Origin: an uncultured virus (IMG/VR IMGVR_UViG_3300021958_000031)
Lineage: Duplodnaviria > Heunggongvirae > Uroviricota > Caudoviricetes
DNA: 55,744 nucleotides
Reading direction: 5' to 3' (one strand)
Virus record (IMG/VR): IMGVR_UViG_3300021958_000031
In this document: piece after piece, positions 47,823 through 55,744 of the stretch
Numbering within the stretch: the stretch's first letter is position 1
Layout: each line of letters starts with the position of its first letter
Notes under the pieces: model-generated
Databases searched by the model: none
The model's input: the letters and a program-made list of their open reading frames with translations, nothing else
What the model was told of the DNA's origin: nothing
Position numbers and translations under genes: made by a program

Positions 47823-49796
47823 TTAAATCTTAACGTTAAGTTGGCTTTTAGGACAGATTGTAGTTTTTCCACTTTTTGGATCAATACATTCTAATGAATC
47901 ACTATCACCAAGAGAAGTATAATCCTCAGCACTTACCATAACTTCCTGGCCTTTTCTAAGACCATTACCGTTTTTATTAATTTCAGCTTCAACAAAACCG
48001 TCGTTTAAATAATCGTTACGACTTTTTTTTTCTGTTACTGCTTCTTCCTTCTTTTCGTCTTCATCTTCATAATCTTCGCCGTCGTGTGTTTTAGACTTAT
48101 CGCCTTTATTACCACCTAATACAACTTTGTCATATGTTTCTTGTAAAGATTTTTCAAATTTAGAAATTTCTTCTTCTAATAAATTCATAGCTTCAGTAAG
48201 TTCTTCAGTTTCACCAAGCTTATTAATAGCTTCTTTTACTTTTGCTTTCTTTTCTTCTAAAAATGTTATCTTATTAGAAATATCAGATCTTTCTTTTTCA
48301 ATCTTAGCAGCTTCATTATTTTCAGCAATTAATTTTTCTGAGAGAATTGTGCTAGCATCATAATTAATAAATTCTTTAACTAAGTTAACAGTCTCAGTTG
48401 CAGATGATACGAATACCATTTCATTTAAGTGCATTGCAGAATTAACTTTATTTACATAAATTCCTTCCTGGACATTAATCATAGTTAAAAATAGATTTGT
48501 AAATTCAGTTGAAGTAATATTTGTAAAGTTATCCATTTCAGCAAGAAGATCAACAGATTCAAAGAATTGACATACTTTATCTATTTTCCATTGATTTCTA
48601 TAACCAAAAAAGTTAAGAGCCATTAAAGATTCTTTTAATTCAATTATACTAGCATTTGATAAATCAGTTTTACCTAATGTTAAAGTACCTTCAGCTAAGT
48701 TATATTCTAAAGTTCTATCATTACCTTCACCGAAAGTAACTAAAGTACCATTTATATTTTTAAACATTCCTAATCCTTCTAATACATCGAAGAATCTAGA
48801 ATCTTTAACTTCAGCTTCAGTAATTGTTTTACCATCAAAGTTATAATTTTTTCCATGTAAGTGGAATGTCAATCCATTTTCAGATTCTAAAACTGGTGAA
48901 AGAATAGTAGAAATAGTTCCACCACCGTTTGCAGTAGCTTTATTATCTTCTGCTTTCATTTCATTAAGAATTGCTTTACAATCTAATGACCATGGGTTTT
49001 TTGCAGCAACAGCAGAAAACTTAGATTTAATAGAATCAGAAGATTCTGTTAATAGGCTTTCTAAATCAGTTACTAAACCTTCAAACATTTTACCTTTTTG
49101 TGATTGTGTTCTTGCAACAGCTTCAGATATTCTGAACGACCATTTAGAATCAACATAAGCACCAGATATATAAGATCTTAATTCTTTGATTGGATTTAAC
49201 CAGTCAGAGGATGACAGGCTTTTATGAAGATTTTTAGCAATTTGAAATTTAAGCATTGGATTAACACTTTTTTCTATTTCTTCGCTAATAACTTCAGTTT
49301 CTTCGTTTTTAAATCTCATTGGGAATGCCTTTAGAGATTCTTCTAAAATGTTAAGGGCATTTTGCGCAGAATAAGAAACTCTAGAATTATCAGAGTTCAT
49401 TACATGTAAGGCGTCAATGCTCTTCATAACATTTTCATGCAGTTCGGCAAGTGTAAAGTTCATTTTGTTATGATTTTTTTGTTTATTGTTTTCTGTGATT
49501 TCTTTTTGATTTCCTTTGAAGGCATTGATTGCGCTCATTGCTAATTGCTGAGGTGTACCCATACCTACTAAAATAGTAAGAACCTGTTCATCCGTCATTG
49601 GTCCACTTTCAACAACTTTACCATTTTTACCATCTAGTTTTGTTTTACCACTTTGGCTAAACAAAACACCAACAATATCAATTAATTGTTGAGGTGGTGC
49701 ATTAAGGTAAGGTGCATCAGTTTGAACACCATATTGACGATCTATTGAACCATCTGCGTAAACCTGAGTTTGGCCTTCTTTAATAACTTTTTCCAT
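47823..49796 (-). CDS. Large late-expressed hypothetical protein (probable virion/head component)
   Basis: 657 aa, C-terminal coiled coil, many (L/I)xE sites, late motif at 49817-49825. Confidence 0.55.
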   Translation of the reverse strand: MEKVIKEGQTQVYADGSIDRQYGVQTDAPYLNAPPQQLIDIVGVLFSQSGKTKLDGKNGKVVESGPMTDEQVLTILVGMGTPQQLAMSAINAFKGNQKEITENNKQKNHNKMNFTLAELHENVMKSIDALHVMNSDNSRVSYSAQNALNILEESLKAFPMRFKNEETEVISEEIEKSVNPMLKFQIAKNLHKSLSSSDWLNPIKELRSYISGAYVDSKWSFRISEAVARTQSQKGKMFEGLVTDLESLLTESSDSIKSKFSAVAAKNPWSLDCKAILNEMKAEDNKATANGGGTISTILSPVLESENGLTFHLHGKNYNFDGKTITEAEVKDSRFFDVLEGLGMFKNINGTLVTFGEGNDRTLEYNLAEGTLTLGKTDLSNASIIELKESLMALNFFGYRNQWKIDKVCQFFESVDLLAEMDNFTNITSTEFTNLFLTMINVQEGIYVNKVNSAMHLNEMVFVSSATETVNLVKEFINYDASTILSEKLIAENNEAAKIEKERSDISNKITFLEEKKAKVKEAINKLGETEELTEAMNLLEEEISKFEKSLQETYDKVVLGGNKGDKSKTHDGEDYEDEDEKKEEAVTEKKSRNDYLNDGFVEAEINKNGNGLRKGQEVMVSAEDYTSLGDSDSLECIDPKSGKTTICPKSQLNVKI

Positions 49797-49843
49797 ATTA
49801 TAGAATTTGATTTGTTTTATATATTCTAAGATCTTAGAGTTAA

Positions 49844-50800
49844 TTATCCTTCATCATTATTAGCATTTCTATAGGTCTTACTGGCTTCATCTTCTATTGG
49901 TAGTGGTGATGAATCTATCTCCCGTTCATCAAAAGGACCACCTACTTCTTTATTTGTAGTAGTATTAAATCCTTGATTACTTAACAGCCCCTCGTAAGGA
50001 GCAACCTTTAAATCAGTATCAGTAAATTTAAAGGTTTGGAATACACCACCAAAATAAATTCCCATATTGCCATTATCATCACATCTTAATTGACCTACAC
50101 CAACAGCATCAGGGTTAAGCTTAATAGCTTCTTGTGTTATAAAATCTATTTCTGGTAAAAGAATGCCGCTTTCAAACACTGGCATAAATGATTTTAATTC
50201 CATATCAAAAGTAACTTGAAATTCCTTTTTATCATTTAGCCCCCATTCAAACAATCTATCTTGTGAATAATCTTCAGGTACTGACATTGATGCATTAACC
50301 CTAAACATTCCTAAATCAACATTAAATAAAGTACCTTTATATAATTTACTCATAATGGCTTCAGTAACCTTTAACATTTCTAAATTATTAGAACATATTA
50401 TAGTTACACCAAAACCTACAGTAACAGGTAAAAAGTTTGTCATTAAAGAAAACGTCTTTAGTACACCATCCCATTCTCTAACAAACTCGGCTCTTGTAAA
50501 TTTATTTGTTTGCTCATCTGAGTTAATAGACATTGAATTCATCTGAATAATACCGCGAGGTACTACTTCATAATCGCCTATTGCCTTACCTGCCTTTTCG
50601 GCATCAAACATAAAATTATCTAAAAGAAATCTTTCGTTACCGGATATGGAATAAAAGAAAGGTACTTCAATCTTTTTAAGAGTATCTTCATCTACTTGGT
50701 TATAATAATAAACCTTTTTACTTAACTCAGCAAGCATACCTACTACTAAGTATCGGAGAATAGTATTATCTTTATTAAATTCTTGATTATAAGCTGACAT
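49844..50800 (-). CDS. Tail terminator/sheath stabiliser (gp15-like)
   Basis: ILRYLVV, IEVPFFY, VPR, PVTVGF...EAI, F.MEL pattern. Confidence 0.7.
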   Translation of the reverse strand: MSAYNQEFNKDNTILRYLVVGMLAELSKKVYYYNQVDEDTLKKIEVPFFYSISGNERFLLDNFMFDAEKAGKAIGDYEVVPRGIIQMNSMSINSDEQTNKFTRAEFVREWDGVLKTFSLMTNFLPVTVGFGVTIICSNNLEMLKVTEAIMSKLYKGTLFNVDLGMFRVNASMSVPEDYSQDRLFEWGLNDKKEFQVTFDMELKSFMPVFESGILLPEIDFITQEAIKLNPDAVGVGQLRCDDNGNMGIYFGGVFQTFKFTDTDLKVAPYEGLLSNQGFNTTTNKEVGGPFDEREIDSSPLPIEDEASKTYRNANNDEG

Positions 50801-50825
50801 TCATTAGTCTTTATTTATATTCTAT

Positions 50826-52496
50826 TTATCCAATAGACTCAATGTTAAATTCACTAAAGCCCGCGTCTTTAGTTATTTCTATCTTTTTATCAAAATATTC
50901 ACTCGGTAAAACTGTATGGTTGATAACAAAGGTATTGAGGCCTATATCTTGAATAGTATTATGAAGTATATTGATTATATGATGGACACCATCAGAGTCA
51001 ATAGAAGAGAAGATTTCATCCAAGAATAAAATATTAAGAGAGGGGAACCTTACTTTAATCATTTTCATTAAAGCCATAATAATTACAAAATCAACCTTTT
51101 TCTTTTCCCCTGTGCTTAGCGTCTTAGGGCTGATCTCGGTTCCTAAATGATGAAGAGAACAATAAAACTTTTCATTAAACCTAATACCAAAAGGTATACC
51201 CATTTCTCTTCCCATTAAAAGAATATGATTATTAAAAGAAGGGAGTATAGATCTTACTGCCAAATTCTTAATACCGTTTTCTCCCATTATATTTTCTAGG
51301 ATAGTTAAATAATAATCCTCACCTTCACTTTTAAGCTTACCGGTAGTTTTATCATCTTTACGAACTTTAAAGTCTTTTACTAATTGCTTTAGGTGAGTTG
51401 ATGATTCGGACTCATCTTTGTCTGCCATTTCAATTAGCTTATCTTTAATGGCTTCCATCTGAGTTTCTAATTGACCAACCTTAACATGAATCTTTCTACC
51501 TTTTTGTCTTAAGTCTGTTAAATCGGCTTCAGCCTTTTCAGCATCTGCCTTTATTTGATTCCATTCAGTAAATAAAGAATCTAACTTTTCTTCTTTTTCC
51601 TTTTTAATATCTAAATGAAAATCAGAGTTAAGAGGAGCTGTACATGTAGGGCATGCATTGTTTTCATAAAGCTTAAGCTCCTTCTTAACTGTATTGATTT
51701 TATTATTTAATGATGATCTTTGATTATTCTTTTTTCTAGAATCCTCGTCTAATTTTTCAAGATTTATTTTTGTTGCAGCTGTTAAGTCTTTTAGTTTTTT
51801 TCTATTTTCATTTAACTCCACTAACTTTTCCTTAAGTAACTTAATCTTTTCTGCATCTTTAGATTTACTTACCTTTTCAAATTGTTGAATTTTTTCAATG
51901 ACCGATTCTATAGATTCATTAAGGGTACGGATTTCATCTTCATATGTTCTGATTTCCTCAATGATTGATCTCCTCTTTTCTTTAACACTTTCGGCCATTT
52001 CATTAATTATAGAGAAACCGAATATCTTATCAATAATTCTTTTCTTATCATACGGAGACATTGTTATAAAAGACTTAAAATCATTTACGGATAAAATAAT
52101 TACATTCTTAAATACATGGTATGGTATTTCGTAAATTTCAGTTTCCAAAAAATCCTGTAAATTAGCCTTACCTGCAACATCATATTCGGAGCCATTTATT
52201 TTTACGTTAAAAATACCTGGATTAATTCCTCTTTCTATTTCAACCGTATTATTTTTAGATTCCAATTCTATTCTACCCCAAAGAGCACTATTTACTCTGT
52301 TAGGTAAATCTTTTAATGTAGATCCTTCAACTTTACCATAACATAAATATGTAATTACTTTAGCAAGTGTACTTTTACCTGCACCATTTCCACCAAGAAC
52401 TAAATAAAGATCACTTTTATCTTTATCAAATTCTATTACCTGTGTTCGGTTTCCGTAACTTGCAAAGTTTTTAAATTCTACTTTTTTAATCTTCAT
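50826..52496 (-). CDS. Recombination ATPase subunit (gp46/Rad50/SbcC-like)
   Basis: FKNFASYGN, GGNGAGKST, CPTC hook, LSTGEK, LFLDEIFSSID. Confidence 0.95.
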   Translation of the reverse strand: MKIKKVEFKNFASYGNRTQVIEFDKDKSDLYLVLGGNGAGKSTLAKVITYLCYGKVEGSTLKDLPNRVNSALWGRIELESKNNTVEIERGINPGIFNVKINGSEYDVAGKANLQDFLETEIYEIPYHVFKNVIILSVNDFKSFITMSPYDKKRIIDKIFGFSIINEMAESVKEKRRSIIEEIRTYEDEIRTLNESIESVIEKIQQFEKVSKSKDAEKIKLLKEKLVELNENRKKLKDLTAATKINLEKLDEDSRKKNNQRSSLNNKINTVKKELKLYENNACPTCTAPLNSDFHLDIKKEKEEKLDSLFTEWNQIKADAEKAEADLTDLRQKGRKIHVKVGQLETQMEAIKDKLIEMADKDESESSTHLKQLVKDFKVRKDDKTTGKLKSEGEDYYLTILENIMGENGIKNLAVRSILPSFNNHILLMGREMGIPFGIRFNEKFYCSLHHLGTEISPKTLSTGEKKKVDFVIIMALMKMIKVRFPSLNILFLDEIFSSIDSDGVHHIINILHNTIQDIGLNTFVINHTVLPSEYFDKKIEITKDAGFSEFNIESIG

Positions 52497-53571
52497 AGTT
52501 AGGTGATAATGTTCTTTTATATAGTTCTTGCACAGATGTCTTTAATCTGTCCTTTAAGTCTTCTTCATACTCTAAAGAATTAATATATTCAGCAGCAATA
52601 TTCATTAGGTTAAGTTCGCCATTAAAATCAGACATTTCCCCGTCTTCTCTGTCATAAGGATTTTCCTCATCATAAATTCTCGGCTCTAATTTTCTAGCAA
52701 CACCGTCAAGATAATCCATAAACATGTTAATGTTATACTTTCCTAATACATTTGAAGGTATAAAAACATCCACAAAATTATCCTTAATTTCATTCTTTAT
52801 ATCCTCCATACGCATCTCTAAGATATCATTAATATAATACCTTATAAATTCTGGGCTCCTTTTATTCATAAAGAATTGATGCTTTCCAGTTTCTAAATCT
52901 AATAAGTATATACCTTTTTGATTACCTCTATCAGATCTGGTCATTTGATAAGGATTACCTACTAAAACAAAATTCTGTTTATCTTGCCTATAATGAATAT
53001 GACCAGAGTATACCCTTTTAAATCTTTTAAAGATACCTACTTCATTACCACCTTCATGTAAGTGTTTTGTACTCGGGCTAGTCTGAACTCCTCTGGTTTC
53101 AGTATGACAAAACATATAATCTATTTTTTCTTTTATTGAATCTAATGTTTCTTTTTCATGTTTATGATCTCTTCTCCAAGGCATCAATAAACATTTAGTT
53201 TCTCCGTACTGTAAAATCTTAGGCTCTTTATGAACGGTAACATTAGGAATATATTTTAAACAATCAACAGATGCAATTTCATTTGAGTTCTTTCTCATTA
53301 TATCATGATTACCTACAATAATATGTACATCCGGAAATACCTTTCCTAATTCTTCAAATACTCTGATTGCCAAATCTTGTGCAGCTAAATTAACACTTTG
53401 TCGATTGTCAAATACATCTCCTAAATGATAAAGAACATCACCTTCTTTGTATTCCTTTTTAACTAAAGGTATAAAAAAGTTAAAAAAGTAATCTTCAATA
53501 ATGTTAAGCCATAAAACAGAATTTGATCTACACCCTAGGTGTGAATCACTAACCATCCAAACTCTTGCCAT
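52486..53571 (-). CDS. Recombination nuclease subunit (gp47/Mre11/SbcD-like)
   Basis: SDSHLG, LGDVFDNR, VGNHD, SGHIH, GNPYQ. Confidence 0.95.
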   Translation of the reverse strand: MARVWMVSDSHLGCRSNSVLWLNIIEDYFFNFFIPLVKKEYKEGDVLYHLGDVFDNRQSVNLAAQDLAIRVFEELGKVFPDVHIIVGNHDIMRKNSNEIASVDCLKYIPNVTVHKEPKILQYGETKCLLMPWRRDHKHEKETLDSIKEKIDYMFCHTETRGVQTSPSTKHLHEGGNEVGIFKRFKRVYSGHIHYRQDKQNFVLVGNPYQMTRSDRGNQKGIYLLDLETGKHQFFMNKRSPEFIRYYINDILEMRMEDIKNEIKDNFVDVFIPSNVLGKYNINMFMDYLDGVARKLEPRIYDEENPYDREDGEMSDFNGELNLMNIAAEYINSLEYEEDLKDRLKTSVQELYKRTLSPNYED

Positions 53572-53572
53572 G

Positions 53573-54070
53573 TTAAAATAATTTTCTGATTTTTCTTTTC
53601 TCTAGGATATTATACTTATCATCTAATTCTTTAATAAGCTCATCCTTAAATTTGTTAGAAAGTGAATTATAAAATTTATTTGGAAATACATCAAAGTAAT
53701 CTGATATAACACTAAATAAATCAACTCTTGTATATCCGTCACCTATCTTTTCAATAATATGAGAATATACACGATTAATTTGTACCTTATTTAATTTCTT
53801 AATAACTCCTTCTGGTGTTGCTTCATTTAAATGTTCATATTCGCTACCCTTAATAATTTTATCAATCTTTTTAATCAGCAGTTCATAATGCATTTTATCA
53901 TCGGGGTCCATACTGTCGCCATAAGTAGCAGCAACGGTAAAATTAACTCGGTTTTCTGTAATGTCTTGGTCACCGTATGTATTATTAAAAATTTTATCTT
54001 TGTCTGCTAACTTAGGTGGAATAGGTTTTCCGTTTTCATCTAATTTAGGTTTTTTCTTTTTGCCCCACAT
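53573..54070 (-). CDS. Hypothetical protein, C-terminus weakly gp33 (late co-activator)-like
   Basis: VDLFSVISDYFDV...SLSNKFKDELIKEL..YNIL helical pattern. Weak resemblance only. Confidence 0.4.
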   Translation of the reverse strand: MWGKKKKPKLDENGKPIPPKLADKDKIFNNTYGDQDITENRVNFTVAATYGDSMDPDDKMHYELLIKKIDKIIKGSEYEHLNEATPEGVIKKLNKVQINRVYSHIIEKIGDGYTRVDLFSVISDYFDVFPNKFYNSLSNKFKDELIKELDDKYNILEKRKIRKLF

Positions 54071-54084
54071 ATATTTTTTTTATT

Positions 54085-55368
54085 TTAATTTATATCATCA
54101 GTTTCAGTTAACCTCATATGTTCATAATCAATATTGAACCTACACCTGGTACCTTTACCTTGCCCATCTCTAATCTTCAGTACCTTTAACCAATACTCAC
54201 GATTTGCATGCATCATAGAATCTTGAATAAGAGCATACATAACATCTGCTGTATGCGCAAGACCTGCAGATTCTGCAATGTTTTCCATTCTTACTTCAGT
54301 GGCATCCCATGCACCTCTATTAATTTGAGTTGCAGAAATAACCAACATATCTCTCTTAACTGCTAATGCACGAAGATCCTCAGCAATTTGTTTAATTTTC
54401 ATATAAGTATTTTCTGTATTAGGATTTCTATAATTTGCAAGAATGTTAATATAATCAACAACTAATACATTTACTTTATGATCTTGTGCTTCTTCTAAAT
54501 CTTTTAAGTAAGCTTCTATATCTAAGACAGTCCCTTGTGAAGTTGGCATTTCTTTTACAAAAAGCTTACCTGGTGGTAATAAACCTCGAGATATTTTTTC
54601 AAGGCGTCTTTTCATGTAATCCCTATTACCTGTTTTTTCATCATACTGAGGCATCGGTATACCTAATAAGTTTGATCCTATTCTCTTTAATACTTTTTGC
54701 GCCGACATCTCCGCAGATATAAAAACTACGTTATGGCCCATCCTAACAAAATTAGCAGCATCATTGGCTAACCATATAGATTTACCAATGTTCTGTTCAC
54801 CTGCATAAACTATTAAAGATTTTGTATCATACCCACCACCTGATACATTATCTACAAAAGTCCATCCTGTTTCTATTTTCTTTGATGTTCTCTGTACGTG
54901 ATCTTCTGGTTTAAAAAAGTCTAATCCAATATCAGTGTCAAAGTTTAATGATCCTTCAGTAGAGATCATACCTATTGCGCGAGTTACAACATCTTCAACA
55001 TTCTCTGGCGAAACATCTTGAGTTTTTACATATTCAATAGTTCTTACTAATTGTTTGTCAAAATGTTTCCATTTAACCCATGATTCACCGGTTCTTTTTA
55101 ACCAATCTTGGTCATATTCATTAATATTAATATCATAAATACTTGATACAATACTATCTGGTATTTCATTTGGGTCATCTTTAATGAGAGCCTTCATTTG
55201 TTCTCTTGAAGGACTTTCACCAAAATCAGTATAAAACTTTTTAGATAATTTTGCTATATGATCTAAATCATTATTAGAAAAGAAACCTGGTCCAGTACTT
55301 TTTAGATAATGTGGTTTTTTAAGAAAGTAATTAAAAAATATTTTTTCGTGATCTGTACTAGAATTCAT
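54085..55368 (-). CDS. Replicative DnaB-like helicase (gp41-like)
   Basis: GEQNIGKS, ISAEM, VVDYINI, IAEDLRALA, SATQINR, AESAGL..TAD, K.RDG. Confidence 0.95.
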   Translation of the reverse strand: MNSSTDHEKIFFNYFLKKPHYLKSTGPGFFSNNDLDHIAKLSKKFYTDFGESPSREQMKALIKDDPNEIPDSIVSSIYDININEYDQDWLKRTGESWVKWKHFDKQLVRTIEYVKTQDVSPENVEDVVTRAIGMISTEGSLNFDTDIGLDFFKPEDHVQRTSKKIETGWTFVDNVSGGGYDTKSLIVYAGEQNIGKSIWLANDAANFVRMGHNVVFISAEMSAQKVLKRIGSNLLGIPMPQYDEKTGNRDYMKRRLEKISRGLLPPGKLFVKEMPTSQGTVLDIEAYLKDLEEAQDHKVNVLVVDYINILANYRNPNTENTYMKIKQIAEDLRALAVKRDMLVISATQINRGAWDATEVRMENIAESAGLAHTADVMYALIQDSMMHANREYWLKVLKIRDGQGKGTRCRFNIDYEHMRLTETDDIN

Positions 55369-55405
55369 TCTTGTTTATTTTTATATAGCAAAAACTATAT
55401 TTAGT

Positions 55406-55705
55406 TTATTCATAAGGATTTACAATTACCTCATATGTAGTATAAGCAGAATTAGATAATGATACTTTAATAATTTTATCGTTTCTGAGTTGCATAAGTA
55501 TAGAATTTACCTTTTCATCAGAAAGGCTATACTTCTTTTGTAAAGAAACATTGGTGAATTTAATCTCCTTTGCTACTTTACCACAGTAATCGCGTATTAG
55601 TTCATAGGTAATATCCTCAGCGTCTGGATAGTTTGGTAATGTTGTATGATTTCCTAATACGTGCTTTACTTTAAGTTTTGCAGTATTAAGATTTTTCTTC
55701 AACAT
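55406..55705 (-). CDS. Hypothetical protein, possible winged helix
   Basis: 99-aa ORF with helix-turn-helix then beta-hairpin pattern. Confidence 0.5.
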   Translation of the reverse strand: MLKKNLNTAKLKVKHVLGNHTTLPNYPDAEDITYELIRDYCGKVAKEIKFTNVSLQKKYSLSDEKVNSILMQLRNDKIIKVSLSNSAYTTYEVIVNPYE

Positions 55706-55744
55706 CGGCTTCTAACATTTCGGTTAAGTCTTCAACATCTATTT
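55686..55744 (-). CDS. Acidic C-terminus of a gene entering from outside the window
   Basis: Reads ...IDVEDLTEMLEADVEEKS*. Confidence 0.45.
   Translation of the reverse strand, partial: IDVEDLTEMLEADVEEKS

Noticed and set aside
372..54722. Numerous plus-strand ORFs in the track (e.g. 372..635, 4992..5615, 21532..21963, 43049..43333)
   Set aside because: All are antisense to well-supported minus-strand genes, with Ser/Phe/Leu-rich shadow composition and no motifs. Only 38321..39115 is credible.
1..55744. Stop-codon reassignment, tRNA genes, introns or inteins
   Set aside because: Core genes are full-length under the standard code and intergenic gaps are short. No cloverleaf or intein splice motifs were recognised by eye. 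A tRNAscan/Infernal run would be needed to exclude them formally.

Overview
A 55.7 kb, strongly AT-rich segment of a large T4-like myovirus, with nearly all real genes on the minus strand. The host is probably a Bacteroidota: there are TAnnTTT(G/A) promoter boxes and A-rich start regions without Shine-Dalgarno sites. The window holds the core virion module (portal, protease-scaffold, major capsid, terminase subunits, sheath, tube, hub, tape measure, neck) and replication/recombination genes (gp41, gp46/47, clamp loader, RNase H, topoisomerase II, DnaQ). It also holds nucleotide metabolism genes and two sigma factors. Main observations: (1) a late-promoter-driven, tightly coupled operon DUF2892 - PAS histidine kinase - stand-alone receiver - two membrane proteins - endolysin, a candidate two-component system controlling lysis; (2) three promoter classes that imply a host sigma -> phage ECF-like sigma -> gp55 cascade; (3) a thymidylate-synthase homologue with dCMP-specific residues, suggesting cytosine modification; (4) proteins with T4-like capsid-targeting N-termini, including an ATP-grasp enzyme; (5) an unannotated 21-aa, 9-Cys metallothionein-like ORF; (6) apparently inactivated phosphoesterase and GIY-YIG domains; (7) a possible +1 frameshift before the tape measure gene. 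All functional calls come from recognising motifs by eye, and no database searches were run.
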